A stretch of DNA of 64,000 bases, taken from assembly GCA_013265495.1 (NCBI GenBank), contig MU058441.1, positions 124,001 to 188,000 on the forward strand. The letters run 5' to 3'. Both the position numbers and the translations under genes were made by a program. Below, piece after piece: positions 12,201 to 27,200 of the stretch. The stretch's first letter is position 1. Each line of letters begins with the position of its first letter. Below the pieces are notes generated by a model, which did not search any database, was not told the DNA's origin, and was given only the letters and a program-made list of their open reading frames with translations. The stretch is from Vicugna vicugna. Its lineage: Eukaryota.

Positions 12201-15200
12201 GGAGACATTTATGAAAAATATTAAGGAGGAAAATTGGCACGCGTTTAGCACAGGGCCCAGCAGCACAGCCTGCTGCAGATCTGCTGGCCACGGTTGCCAG
12301 GCGGCCTGTGAAGGGGGCCCAGGGGGAGAGGCTGAGATGATGAGGCTGGATATGAGAGACCGAGGTGGGTGGTCAGAGGGTGAGCTGCCCCCCGGGACAG
12401 GCGGCTGCAGACAGCTCTGAGGCATGAGCCCCCCAAGGCCTTTCTGGGTGTTCTGGGCTGGGCGTCAGGACAGCTGTCTAGTCTCACTTCTATGGCTGGG
12501 CTCCTTGTATAAATTTGGGCAAACCAATGCCCCCCACTGCCCCTCAGCCTCAGTTTGCTAAACCAGGAATAGTACCATGAGAATGTATGTTTAAAATGCC
12601 CGGCGTAGGGGAGGATATAGCTCAGTGTTAGAGCACTTGTTTAGCATGCAGGAGGTCCTGGGTTCAATCCCCAGTACTTCCATTAAAGAATAAAAAAATA
12701 AATAAATAAAATGTGATGGAGGAGAGAGGGGCTGGTGTGGGGAGAAGTGGTGGCTGACAGTGTGGAGGGAGGGTCTGACTCAGTGGGCCCGTGTGGTGTG
12801 CTGGGACAGCTTGGGGAGGCAGCCCTGTGGGTGGTGTGGTGACAGACGGGTTCAGCGGGCTCTCACCTCTGACAGCACGAGAAGGGGCTTGAGATTGCAG
12901 GCAAGGCCGTCAGAGAGAATGTGACAGGCCCTCCCTTGTGGTTCTGACACTGACATCAGCACCCACGTACTGAGCCTCTGAAGTGTCAGATGCTGGCCGG
13001 CATCACCCTGCTTGTCTGCAGGGCCTCGTATCACAGGTGGGGAGACAGAGGTGAGGTCCTTCAGGGACTCTGGCAAAGCGAGAATTTGAGCTCAGGACTG
13101 CCTCCCTCTGGGACCCACCCTCCTTTTCTCTGAGTCTCGGTGGGAAGGGAAGGGGTCACCTGGCGCAAGGGCAGCCCAAGCAGAGGGGCAATGGCAGGGG
13201 CCTGGGGGAGTATGCACGAGCGAGGCAGCTCACACCTCGCGGACCCCAGGCACAGCTGGCTCTCTGGGGAGGCCCAGCAGACCCCGTGACACCCCTCCAC
13301 ACACACATGTTCTCACTCCCTGCGCCAGCCAACATCAGGGTTCTCACTGACCTAGTTACCAGCTCTCTAACCCAGCTCTGCCCCAGTTCCCCAGTTCTGC
13401 TGGCCCTACGGGGAGCTGTGCCCAGCAGGAGCGGTGCCCAGCTTCTGCTGACCATGTGTGACCCTGCTGTCTGTTTACACCAACACCGCAGTGCCTCTAG
13501 CTTTTACTACAGGCTTCAGAATGAGGCAGACCTGGGCCCCAGACACGAATTTCTATCTGCTGATGGGCCTTGAGCAAATCACTCGACCTCTCTGAGTCTC
13601 AGCGCCTGAGTGTGGCGCCTGGAAGACAGCAGGTAGTGCAGGAAGGTAGCTGTGATGGTCTCTGCTTCTCTGCTCCCCTTTCCCACCCCTCAGGGATCTT
13701 GCACCGAGATCCTTCAGTTGAGCAAAGTGAAAATGGGGATGGGGGTGTGGGATGAGGATCAGGAATCTCTGGCCCCCTCTGACATTGCCACGACACCTCA
13801 TCCGGGCCTGGCTTTGTGCTGAGCGGGACTTTGTGGTTGGAGGGGGGAACTGGTGTCATGGATGACTCAGATCAGATTATAGTTTTGGGGAGACAGACTT
13901 TATCACAGATCACTCTAACCCAGACAGGATTTAGTCAGAGCCAGACAGAGACACCATAGGATGCCAAGGGGGCTCAGGGACCATTGGGTTACTCTGGCAA
14001 AGAATCTGGATTGGCTCCTAGGACAGGGAGTGCCTGAACAGGACCCCAGAGGATGGAGCAGAGGTAACAGCTTGTGCAAAGGCCCGGAGATGGGAGTGTG
14101 CAGATGGCCTTCAGGAAGTGGGGTATCAAGGAGCCGGAGAGCAGACCTGGCAGAAGGGGCATCGGGCTGAATAGGGAGGTGCCACGGATGCTCAGGGGAC
14201 GAGCCTGGACTTATCACAGGGTTTCAGTTCATGTCGGTAAGTCAGGCAGACAGTAGAAAAGGGAAAGAAGGCCTTCCAGTCTCCCCTTGTAAGAAGCGGG
14301 TAGTTCTCACTTTTTAGTTTTTCCACCCGCCCCATTATTTTAAGACGAGTTTTATCTCAGTGCATTGCAAATTTTTACGAGTCACTACACCATCCTTCTG
14401 GGCAAGGCAGAGGTATAAAGGGAAAGGAATAAAGACCAGGTGTCTATTTTGTGCCAGGCTCAGGGAAAGGGATGGGGAGTTGAGAGAGAGCAGACACAGC
14501 CCTCTCACAGGGCACCTGTTCCACCAGCCTTTAAAAGGGTGATTTTAAACAAAGTTTTAAGTGTGTAAGGAAAATGGCAATGATACACCCAATATGCGTA
14601 CCACCCAGGTGACACAGCTATCAAGACCTTGCCGCCCTTGCTTTCATTTCACTGTCCCTTTTTTATTTCCTTTACCAAAGTATTTTATTTAAAGTCTTGC
14701 TGCTCACGATTTGGTCTGGGGGATGTCAGCCCCACTCCCTGAACTGCTGAATCAGAATCTGCATTTTGAGAAGACACGTGGGTGATTCATTTGCACATTG
14801 ATGTTTCAGAAGCATTATGTGAAAGTAAATCCCTCATATCAAGTCATTTCACCCTTAAATACTTCAGTATGCATTTCTGCAGTACAGGGATGTTTTCTTA
14901 CACAGCCACCATGTTCTCATCACTGAACAAAATTAACCAGAATTCTTTGTTATTGTCTAATACCCAGTCCATATTCAATTCTTTCTGACTGTCTCAAAAT
15001 GTCTATTTTTAAAAGTCAGGGTGTTCAAATCAAGAGTCGGACAAGGTCTGCACATCCCGTGTGATCGCTAGGATGCCTCTCTTAGTGTAGAGGGGGCCCC
15101 TGCCACCCCCACCCTTTTTTTTTAATGGTTTATGAGTCTTTTTCAAATCTTTCCTTTACTGCAGACAGAGCTCAGTCACTTCTCTTATGGGACATCTTCA

Positions 15201-18200
15201 TTCAGGATTTGTGCATTTGCTTCCTCTCAATGTGTGTGTTTTGTCCCTCAACCCCCTATACTTCCTGAAACCTGGAAGTTAGGGCTAATGCCTTCGCTAA
15301 ATTCAGGTTTAACTATTTTGGCAAGCATCCTTGCAACAGTCAGGAGGATTTTGCCATCCTTCCTGCATTTATCTCACTCCTTTCTGTTTCCTTTGCTGGG
15401 GTATTTTAAAGACTTGATTTTCGAAGTGTGGGCTGATGACTGGCATGGCAGCCTGGTCATCACTTGGGAGCTTGTTAGAAATGCAGTCTTGGGCTCCAGT
15501 AATCTTCCTAGGGGGTCACGCCAGAAGGCACGCAGGCCTGGGGGACCCACTCTGAGGGATGGTAAGATGAGCCAGTGGGCTCAGGGGGTGTCAGCCTAAT
15601 TGCAAAGTGCTCTATCGAACTTTCATCTAGTAGCTTCATCCATGGATGATTGTCGACTGAATTAATTACTGCATTTCATTGTGCCTTACAAAATTGTGTT
15701 ACGATTCTGTTATTCTAACTACACTCATTAGTAATGATTCTTCTGTGAAGAACTTTTTCTCGTCAGCTAGGACTATTTGGTGACCCTGAAATGCAGCTCA
15801 CATAGAAAAGTCTAGAAAAGTGCTTAATATTCTTCCTTTAACAGTCAATTTTCAGAATAAGGGGGTGATGCCCTCAGTATTTCTAATGGTGGATAATACA
15901 GTGTTTTTTTTTCTTTTAATTGAAGTACCATCAGTTACAATGTGTCAGTTTCTGGTATACAGCATCATGTCCCAGTCATGCATGTGTGTGTATATATATA
16001 ATATATATTATATATACACACACATGCATATTCATTTTCATATTCTTTTTCATTAAAGGTTATTACAAGATATTGAATATAGTTCCCTGTGCTATACAGA
16101 AGAAATTTGTTTTTTATCTATTTTTTATATATAGTGGTTAACAATTTCAAATCTCAAACTTCCAAATTTATCCCTTCCCACCCCCCGTCCCCCAGTAACC
16201 ATAAGATTGTTTACTATGTCTGAGAGTCTGTTTCTATTTTGTAAATGAATTCATTAGTGTCTTCTTTTTTCTTTCTATTTTTTAGATTCCACATATGAGT
16301 GCTATCATATGGTATTTTTCTTTCTCTTTCTGGCATCTTCAATGCCGTGTTTTGGTTTGTTTTTGTTTTCTCTCTGTCTTTTATGAATTATTATGAATCC
16401 CTGGAATTTTTATATATTCAATGTGCTTCAAACACTTGCAATTATTATCATTAATTTTTTATTGAACTATAGTTGATTAATACTATTGTGTTAGCTTCAG
16501 GTGTACAGCAAAGTAATTCAGTTATATATGTGTGTATATATGTTCTTATTTTTAGATTCTTTTCCATTATAGGTTATTACAAGATATTAAACATAGTTCC
16601 CTGTGCTATATGGTAAACCCTTGTTGTGTATCTATTTTATATCTAGTGGTGTGTCTGTTGATCCTGAACTCCTAATTTATCCCTCCTCCCCCTGCAATTA
16701 TTTTTTAATGTAAACTTTTTTTTTGAAGAGAACACACACAAAAATGGAGAAATTCAGATTAGTGAATTTTCAGATTAAATGAAATCCATGTGCTGGTACC
16801 CCTTTCGAGAATCAGAGAATATTACCAATATCCAAGAAGTACCTCTCACAGCCCCTCCAGCCATGACCTTACCCCCAAGGGTAACCACTCTCCTGACTTC
16901 TAATACTATGTATTAATTTGCCTGTTTTGAGCTTTGTATACATAGAATTATACTACGTGTTCTGTTTTGTTTCTGGCATCTTTCATCCAACATTGCGTTT
17001 GTGAGATCCACCCACTTCATTAATTATTTTCATTGCCTTAGAGTGTTCCCTTGGTGAATACACCACAGTTTATTCATTTTCTTCTATTGTTGACGTATAT
17101 TTGGGTTGTTGCAGTCTGGGGTTATTATAAGAGGTGGGGCTGTGAACACTTTTGTACATGTCTTCTCATGAACATATGAGCACATTTCTATTGGGTTTAT
17201 GCCTAAGAGTAGAATTGCTGGGGTATGAGTCACATGTATACTCAGCTTTTGTTGACACCGCCAAAGGGTTTCTAAAGGGATCAAACGGCAGACATCAGTA
17301 CAGGTCATCCCTAAACATTTCAGCATACCTATCAACTAGAGTTCAATATTTGCTTATTGGTTTTTTTTTTTTGAGGTAAAATTTACACACAGTGAAAAGC
17401 ACAAATTTTAAGTGGACCATTTGATGTACTTTTGACAAATGCACACGTTTGTAATCCAAACACCTGTAGAGATATAGGATACTTCCATCACCCCAGAAAG
17501 CTCCCTCCTGCCCCCTCCCAGTTAATCCTCACCCCCGACTCCCCTAGGCAGTATATTTTTTACTATAGATTAGTTTTGCTGGTTCCAGAACACCACATAG
17601 ATGGAATTCCGCAGTACTCTTCTACGTAAGCCTTCTTGCACTCAGCACAGTGACTGTTGTGAGTCACCCCTCCTGCTGTGTGTGTTAGCTGTTTGTTCCT
17701 TTTCACTCAGTCCACGGTCTGAATACACCACTGCCAGCTTATCTGTTCCCCAGTTGATGGACTTTTGGGTTGTTTCCAGTTTGGGATTGTTACAAATAAA
17801 GCTGCTATAAAAATTCCTTTTTTTTTCAGCTATTTTTGAGGACATATGTTTTCTCTTGGGTCACTTGGTGGGGGTCACATAGACAGAATATATGCAGCCC
17901 CTCTCCTGGGACCCATAGTCTATTTGAACTTTGGTCCATGACACAGTGTTGAGCATGTGCTCTGTGGCAGGTGTAGAAAGTGCACAGTGGGAGGTGGGAG
18001 AAGGTGACAGAGCTCTGGGAGATAACCAAGGAAGGCCTCCTGGAGGAAGGGGCCTTGGTGCCAACACAACTTGGTTTAGTAGGAGGATCAGGAGCTGAGG
18101 TCAGACACGCCTTCATGCCAGCCCTATTCCCATGGGAAAAAATATCCTTGGGAATCTCGCTTTTTTCATCTGTAAAATGGGGATAACCACACCTCAGGAT

Positions 18201-21200
18201 TTGATGGAATAGTGGTGCCTCTTTTGTTAAATATTCTTTTTTTCTCCTCAGGCCTGGCTCCTGTGGCCGCCTTCAACGTGGATGTGGTCCAGACCTGGGT
18301 GACTCCCGAGGGAGGCGCCCCATACGTGCTCAGCTCCCTTCTGCACCAAGACTCCAGCACCAACCAGACCTGGTGAGTGGGGTCTGGTGGACGAGAAGGA
18401 GTGGGGTGTGAGGACTAAGGGGTCCTGTTGAGCCTGAGACGGTCCCTGACAAGGCCTTGGCACCCCACCCCACAGCCTGGGGAGAACCTCCTGTCACTTT
18501 CAGGAGGGCGTGCAGGAGAGAGGCTGTGAGCTCAGGGCCAGTCCTCCCAGCCAGAGCCCCTCTCCTCACCCTGGGCCCCCTTCACTACCAGGGATGAGGG
18601 GGTGGGGGGACTAAAAAAACTCTTTGAAATTAAAGTTTATTAAATTCCCAGGGGGAGGGTATAGCTCAGTGGTAGAGCGCAGGCACCTGGCATACATGAG
18701 GTCCTGGGTTCAATCCCCAGTGCCTCCATTAAAGTACATAAACCTAAGTACCTCGCCCAAAACAAACAACAAAAAAATTTTTTAAATTTCCCAGGGATCA
18801 AAGAGAAGTTATCATTTACTCTAAAGGCTACAAAATAAACTCATCAAACAATTTAAAAAAGTTTATTAAGGCTCTTTTGCCCCTTACAAAAGTAACACAT
18901 GCTCTATATAGATGTTTGGACAAGTGACAAAAAGTATTTTTTTTAAATGGAAAATATGAGGCAGGCCAGAGCGGTTACGAGGCACGCTGTGGGTCTGGTC
19001 ACTGTGGTTCAGAGACAGCTTTGCTCTATACTTACAGCAGCCTCAGTTTCTCATCTCTGCAGTGGGGTGATATTTTCTGACCTCACCAGGTTGTTGCAAG
19101 GATGCTTTGAGTTAAGGCACCTGAAGGATTTGGCACAATTTCTGGCCAAGTTTAAGATCAATACACATTACCTTATATTTTAAAAATATCATCTGTACCC
19201 ACCCATTAGATCAGCAAAACAGTTTAAATCTGACACCATTCTGCTGGTAAGGATGTGGTGAAACAGGAGTTTGTGGGCATGTGAGTTGGTAGAATGACCT
19301 TGGAGCACCATTTTGCCACTACGGGCAGAGCTGAGGATGCACGTGGCCTTTGACTCATCGATTCCACTCCCAGATACCAGCCCTAGGGACATTCTCAGGC
19401 ACACGTAAAGATACTGATGGTGACATTGTTTTGAGCCATGAGAGGCGGGAAATCTGCATCCTCGGAAACTGGAAGGAATAGGTGGGATTCATCCGACGTG
19501 ATGCTAAAAGCAGGTTCGTTGAACGAAATGAGTGCAATGGTTATGAACTGGATCAATCTAAGATGAAAAAGGCAAGTTGTAGAATAATATATACCACGGC
19601 CATTCACGCCACAAATGTTTATATGGAGCACCTACTGTATGCCAGGCCCTGAGGATACAGCGGGGAGCAAAGCAGACACAAATCCTTAAACTCAGGGGAG
19701 ACAGACAATAAGCGAGGAAATCCACAGTGAACTCTGTCAGACAGTGAGAGTGGTGCTGGTGCAGAGGCACGTCTTTGGTTTTAGGAGAAGTTCTGCCGTG
19801 AAGGGTCACGATACACATGCCAATGTCCCCCTGTTGTCACCAAAACGACTTTTAGAGCTGCTTTGTTTTGAAGCCAGGGTCCGGTCAAGGTTCATGCGTT
19901 GTATGAACCAAAGGACAGCAGATCTTTGCTGTCTCTTTGGTCACCGTTAATCTAGGGCGGTCCCTCCCCTCCCCCCTCTGGTTCGTGCGGGTCATAGGCC
20001 TCTTTCTGTGCGTGCAGCTGCCCCAGGCTGGTTCCCTCCCCACCCCTCCCCACCCCCGCTGCCTTGCTTCTGGCCAATGATCCAGGGTTTCCTTCAAACC
20101 CAACACACCTGAGCCGTGAGCTCAGGGGTCCGGAGGGCTTTGAGGCAGAGCCAGGTGAGGTGCTCGGGGCTCCTGGCTGAGCAGAGCTCAGTTTAGTGGA
20201 AGATGGGTGGACGTGGCAGCTCCTGGGGCAGCCTCACAGCCCTGGACCTGGGCTTGGACCCCATGCTTGGTTTCCTCATTGTACAGTGAAGAAGCTGGTG
20301 ACCATTAGATTTAAGTGGTGAGGGCAGGGCCCATTCACTCATTCATTCATTTAAGGAGCACCTACTCAGTGCCAGGCAAAGCTGCGGGGAGGAGACAAGT
20401 GAAGGAGACACAGTCCCTGCCCTCATGGAGCTCCAGGCTCATGCGGGAAACAGGCAAGTCAGGCGATGACAAGAGGAGTGATGGCTGCTCTGTGGGGATG
20501 TCCAGGGAGCTTTGGGGACGCAGTGGCACGTGTGTCCATAGTCCAGAGACTATGCATCGACACAGGGAGTTGGGGGCCAAGTAGGAATTGGTGTGAGAAG
20601 GCATGAGAAGGGGAGTCGGGGCTGAGAACAGCTTGGGTGAAGTCTGGAAGGCCTGAGTGAGGTTGGGGAGCTGGGGAAGTGTCGAGGCTGAGGCTGAGAG
20701 CCATGAGAAATTGGATGGAGGACGTGGGCGGTGCCTTGTCCCCTGGCACAGAGGGTCTGGGCAGCCAGAAGGCTTGAAGCAGGGAGGGTAGTGAGAAGGT
20801 CCTTAGGATGTATCTGGCTACAGGAAAATGAATTAAGATGAATTCTGGTTGCCACACAGAAAACTGCCCACATCGTCCACGTGCCGCTCAGGAAATGTTC
20901 ACGAAGTGAGCCACCCACGGATGTGGCATCCAGATCAAGAGGCAGAACAGGGCCGGCCTATCATAAGCCCCCTGCAGCTGTGTGCTCCCCCCCAGGCACA
21001 GCCCGGGTGGGGAGAGTTACGCGCTGTCCCCGCTGTCCATCTCCACGGACCGGCTCTGCCTGTTCTTGGGACGTGTCATAAACGAGGCATGCAGTAGGTG
21101 CTCTGTTATGTCAGACTCCTCTCCCTCAGCATGCAGTCTAGGAGTCTGACCTGGCATTGCCTGAGGCGGTGGTGCTCATGGAGGTTGCTAGAGTTTTCCT

Positions 21201-24200
21201 TTGTGTGAACGGTGCTAATGAGGAGTGTTCTGGTAGTTTCCTTGGGTCAGAAGGAACAGCACAGCTCCGCACTTTCTTTTGCTGGGTGAGGGCACTTCTT
21301 TTTTTTTTTTTATCAGGCACGTACCCAGCAGTGGAACTGCTGGATCATGGCTTCTGGGTTAGGTCAGCATTCAGTTTTGCAAACTTTGCAGTGTGTGAGC
21401 GTTCTGCTTGCTCCCCCGACTTGTCAAGGCCAGATTTCAGCCCGAGTTATTGGTGACCGTCTCCTGCCCAGGCTCCTCCCACCAGTACCCCAGCAGGGCC
21501 CTCACCACACGAGCTTCAGGCCCAACAGTCCTTAACGTCCCCTGCCTCAGAAGCCAAACTGAAAGATCACAGTGGATGGGGGACTTTGAAGCCCTGGGAG
21601 CAGAAGGCTCTCAGCCCACCCAGTGGTGGCAGGGAGAGCCCAGCTGCGTGCAAGAAAACCTCCCTGAACACCTGCTGAAGCAGAGTGGGGGGCTCGTGGG
21701 TTTGAACATGCAGGGAAGGAGGATGTGGTGGGAGGCAGTTCTGGGTTCCTGATGCAGACACTGGAGCCTGAGACCACAGGCTGCTGCACAGGGCAGGAAA
21801 CGCACTGCTGGCCGCCCCGGGGCCACAGAGGAACCAGTTGGGCTCCCCTTGTGAGGATGACATGTCCCTCTCACTCCCTCACGTTGTTCCTCCTTAAGAT
21901 GTAACAGCCTCGGCTGGCTGCATTGGGAGCTGCAGCAGGATGGAGTGGAATATAAAGGCCTTCCCCCTGGGCGGGATGGGAATAGACTCTGAGGACAAAG
22001 ATGGGTTATGGATGAAGGTAGGCAGGAAACGCGCTGCACCCAGCCCAGGTGTAATAGGGTCCCTGGGGCTGCCAGCTGATGGTTGTTCAGTTATTGTTGA
22101 ATTTGTTAGTCACTCAGTTGATAAATCTGGAGCTCAAGAGACCACCCACCACGGTGGGGGTGTAATAGGGTCCCTGGGGCTGCCAGCTGATGGTTGTTCA
22201 GTTATTGTTGAATTTGTTAGTCACTCAGTTGATAAATCTGGAGCTCAAGAGACCACCCACCAGACTGGGCCCCAGGCCACAGCATAGCATGACCAATATG
22301 TATGGCAATCTTGGGTTCTGAAGTGCACAGCCTGTGCAACTGTACATGGTTGTCTCTCAGGAACTCACAATCTACGTGGGAACAAAAGCTAAGAATAAAG
22401 GAAGAGTGAGGGCTTCCTGGAGGGCTTGGAGAGGGTCAAGGTGGTCCTACTTTGGGGGTGACTTCCTGAGGAGCTGGCATTTGGGATAACTGTTCTGCAG
22501 GAAAGAAGGTAAAAGGCATTGCAGGCAGAAGAAACAGCTTGGGCCCAGGGCCTGAAGGGGGAAGGAGAGCGGAGGCTATTCCAGGCCTGCACCTACCCTA
22601 GCAAAACACGGTCTGGGCGGGAGCAAAGTTCTGAGCCCACCTTTGTGGGGGAGGAGAGATTAAGGTGCTGGGCCCAGGGCTGAGGCCCAGGGCTGAGGCT
22701 CAGGCTGGGGAGGGGTCTGGGGAAAGAGGCAGGTTGCTGAGCAGGCGACCTAATTTGGGAGCTCAGCTGCAAGCCCACAGATCTCAGCTGCATCAGCCCT
22801 CCTCCCCTCAGCCCTGCCCCAGATCGGCCCCCTCACCTGCTACCTGGGCTGCCATTCAACAGTCATTCAACAAATATTTACCGAGCCCCTGCTCTGTGCC
22901 AGCCACTGTTCGAGATGTTAGAAATAACATGGCGAACAACACAGACAAGATTCCCTGGGGAACTTACAGTCTGGGGGCGGGGTGGGGGGAGATAGGTAAT
23001 AAACACACAAACAAGTCAACAGGATGCTCTCAAATGGGGACAAATTCTGAGAAGGAAATAAACAGGGTGATACAAAGCAGAGTAAATGGGTTGTGAAGTG
23101 GGGCCGGCTGGAGAAGCATCTGTGAGGAGGTGACAGTTAAGCGAGGCCAAGGGATGAGAATGAGCCAGGCTTGGGGAGAGTAGGGGGCACAGCAAGGCAG
23201 AGGGCCCAAGCTGGGGGCAGTCCCAGAAGAGGAGCCAGCCAGCGTGGAGCCAGAGCTGGGAGAGCAGAGGAGCAGGAGGGGCGTCTCAGAGGCGGGGTGG
23301 TGCTAGATGGCTCGAGGCCCCTGCGGGCTGCGGCGGACTCTTTTCTTAAGTGCGTGGGAGGCTGCTGCCGCGGGAGTGACATGGCGTAACTTTTGAGAGT
23401 AAATTTTAACCCCTCCCCCAAAACCCAACCCCAATTAAGAGGCTGTTGCTATAGACCAGGCAAGATGATGCTGGCAGGGGAAACAGAGAGAAGAGATGCT
23501 CTCTAGGTGTAATTTGGAGGAAGAACCGACGGGGTTTACTGATGAATTTGATGTAGGCCATGGGTGAAAAGATAACGCGAGGGTGTCCGCGAGCTTCAGA
23601 CTCCAGAATGCAGTGGTTGGTGGTGCTGCGTTGGGGCCGGGGAGGTGGAAAGGTCCAGCACAGGAGGACAGGGCCGTTGTTCTGTTTGGACTTTCTAAGT
23701 TTGAAACGCCTATTAGACAAAGGGCAGTTGTTATTTATCCATTTCTTAAGGCTGCTGTAACAATTCACCCCAAACTTAGTGGCTTAAAACAGCTCAATTG
23801 TATTACCTGGCAGTTCAGGAGAAGTCCGAAATGGGTCTTATTGGGCTGAAATCAAGGCGTTAGCAGGGCTGTGTTCCTCCTGGAGGCTTGAGGGGAGAAT
23901 CGTTTCCTCACCTCTTTTGGCTTCTGGGGAGGCTGCCTGCCTTCCTTGGCTTGTGGCCTCTTGCTCCATCTTCAGATCTCTGACTCTGACCCTCCTGCCT
24001 CCCTTCCATAAGGACCCTTGTGATTACATTGGGCCCACCCAAATAACCTGCCCCATCACATGATCCTTAACTTAATCAAACCTACAAAGCACCTTTTGCC
24101 CTAAAAAGTAGCTTCTTCACAGTCCTGGGCATTAGGGCCTGGACCTCTCTGGGGTGGTGGGCCATTATTCTGCTTTCTACAGCTATGCTGGTCTGGCTTC

Positions 24201-27200
24201 TGTGGGAGGGACGCTGGCGCTGCAGATACAAAGGTGGGAATTTCAGCACTGACAGGTATATTGAAGCCAGGGGATTGGAAGGGATCACTAGAGCATGCTG
24301 GAGAGGAAAACAAGGAGCCAGCCCCGGGACACCAGTGACATTTAGAAGTCAGACAATGAAGGAGCAAGCTAAGGCATTTGGGAAAGAATAATGAGAGGGG
24401 TCAAGGGAAATCAAAACGCAAGGGTTTCAGGGAGGAGATGTTTGCTTATGTCCAAGGCTGCTGAGAGGTTGAGGAAGATCAGGACAGAAAGGTGTCCCTT
24501 GGATTTGGCAAGGTGGGGACCACAGCTGACCTTGACAGGAGCCCTATCAGAGGGCGGGAGTCAGCTTGGGGTGGGGAAGGGAGGAGATCTTATGTCCAAG
24601 GCTGCTGAGAGGTTGAGGAAGATCAGGACAGAAAGGTGTCCCTTGGATTTGGCAAGGTGGGGACCACAGCTGACCTTGACAGGAGCCCTATCAGAGGGCG
24701 GGAGTCAGCTTGGGGTGGGGTGGACTGGCTAGGGCACACCCAGGTGTGGATTTTATTATTCTTCTGTAAACCGTGGAGATAAGTGAATGACATATATCGT
24801 CATTTTTTTAAGTGTCCAGTGATGGGAGATGAGGAAGTGGAAACAGCACCTCGTTCCTGCCCCCCGTCCACTGTAGCTCACTTTGAACTTTTCATCATGT
24901 TTCCCCTTTATAAACACGGACTAATCATGCACTTCCCCTTTACAAAGTCCTCTGTGGCTTCCTACTGCCTTCAGCATAAAGACCTTGAACTTGGCTCACT
25001 GTTACCAAGCCCGTCTCAGGGCGCCTTCCCCAGTACCCACTACTCACAACCCCTGGGATGGGGAGCTCTCTCCCTGTCTCGGGGCAGCCCAAACCTCCCT
25101 GGGCAGCAGGGACAGTGAGGATGTTTCGGCCAACACTGGCTCTCTGCTGTCCTCCTGGGCTCAGGGCAGGGGGCAGAGTCTGTAATGTAATCTGCATTAG
25201 CAATTACATCTCTGGAGACTGCCTTAATCAGGCTGAGGTGCCCACCCACTGAAACCTCCAGTTTTGACCGACCCATAGGCTAAGGGCACCAGTGTACTCT
25301 TCTCGGGAAGCACTGTCACTGAGGCCAGATGGCGCAGGCCCCCGGCCACCACTAGGAAGCCAGCACTGCCCCCAACAGAACCAAATATGCTGCTGGTGGC
25401 TTCCTGGTTCCCCGCCACTGCCACCAAAGAGCAGAGAGTCTTTCTGTACCACCGGTATCGCCCCCATCTCTGTCAGGGTGGGCCAGCAGGCAGAGAGGGG
25501 AGGCAGTTAGCCATTTCCTGCCTGGAGCTGTGCAAAGGTAGAGGTTGAGCAAACGCCTCCCATGTGATGCAGGGTCCGCCGTCCCAGGCTGGAAGTCTGC
25601 CTGCCTTTCCAGGTCTGGGCTTCTCTATAGATTTCCAAACAGAGAGCCTGTGGGTCTGTGGGCCTGGAATGGACAGACTGGGCCTGGGCAGGCAGGGAGG
25701 AGAAGGGAATCATTGACCAGATCAACTTTGCTGCCTACCCATCCGCTCAGGCTTCTGGTCACCAGCCCCAGTACCAGCGGGACTGCAGAGCCCCTGCATC
25801 AATGTTCCCTCGTCCACGATGAGCTCCGTTGCCACCCAGTTGGTAAGTCAGCCCTCACTCCAGGGAATGCTCGAGGACCTCCTTTCTAGGAATCCCACTC
25901 ATCCAGCCCAACCATTCCAGCCCCAGCCCCATCTAACCCAGTCCCTCTACCCCGGGCCCCACCACCACCGACAGCAAGCCTTCCACCCTGATGCCCAGTC
26001 CCATCCCTTCCCAACCCTCGTCGCCAACCCACCATTCTGGACCCAGTCCTAACAGCAAAAATGATACCTGAAACGTGTCGAATACTCCATTCTGCTAAGT
26101 GCTTCGTATACCTTTAACCCTCAAAACCATGCCATTTTACAGAAGAGGAAGCCTTTGGTTTCCAGAGACGTCCTTTGGTTTCCAGCATGACTACGGTCAC
26201 GCATCTGGGCAGCACCAGAAATGCAAACCCAGCTCCACCTGATTCCAAAACCCAACCTATCCCAGCTCATCACACCTCAATGGAATCCACCCCTTCCCCT
26301 CCCGATCTAACTGTGGCCACCCTAGCATCCAGCAGGGGCCTGCCCTAGATCAGGCAGTCAGTCACACTGATCAGCAGATGGATGGACCTGGTTCACTCAT
26401 TGAGCAAACTGTCCCCACCCCACCCAGTCCTACTGAAGGCCCATCTGTGCTGACGGCTGTGTAAGGAGGAATCCTGGGCTCTGTGAGACCTCAATCTCTG
26501 CCTCAGAAGGGGACATGGTCCAGTAGGGTGACTGAGTGATCCTGTGACTCAGAAATGAGTCTCCTGAGGCCCACAGTGGAGAGCGGGGAGCAGGAGGAGC
26601 TACATCTCTGCCCCCGGGGGTGTGGGGCAGTAAGAGTCCCTGGAGACAGGACTCTGAGAGAGAAGGGCTCATCGGTTTGTAGAGCCAGTCCTCCCAGCGC
26701 TGCACACACCGCCGGCTGGCGCTTCTCCACCTGCCTGCCCCACCAGACCAGGGGCCCCTGGAGGACAAGGAGCAGGTGTGTTTCTCTGGATCCCTGTCAC
26801 TGTGGCACAGAGCAGACATCATGGGGCCTATGTTGAATGAGGCACTGGATGAGCCTGGGGGAGAGGCCTGTCCCTGAAGGCCCCCCTATCCAGCTTCTAG
26901 AGGCTGCCCAGAGGGGCTACTGGTTCCTCATGGGGCCCTGACCAAGATGGCCCTGTGCCCTCTGACCTTGGCTCCTAGACTGCTTCCCAGCATCCCTCCT
27001 CCTTACCTGGGCTTACCTGTTTCAGAGCATGTCTCCATCCCAAAAAGGAGGTACCGGGGAAGCCACTGTTCGAGATGTTAGAAATAACATGGCGAACAAC
27101 ACAGACAAGATTCCCTGGGGAACTTACAGTCTGGGGGCGGGGTGGGGGGAGATAGGTAATAAACACACAAACAAGTCAACAGGATGCTCTCAAATGGGGA

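Noticed and set aside
12608..12685. tRNA-Ala gene (also the similar heads at 18651, 42710, 45181, 60370)
   Set aside because: Degenerate stems, A-rich tails, TSDs and multiple diverged copies indicate SINEs, not tRNA genes.
9206..22900. Numerous 60-196 aa ORFs in ITGAE introns 1-2
   Set aside because: Expected by chance in GC-rich intronic and repeat sequence; mostly non-ATG starts and no homology recognised.
26151..26185. Short duplication cctttggtttccag x2 (also in unit B near 30167)
   Set aside because: Ordinary local slippage with no evident function.
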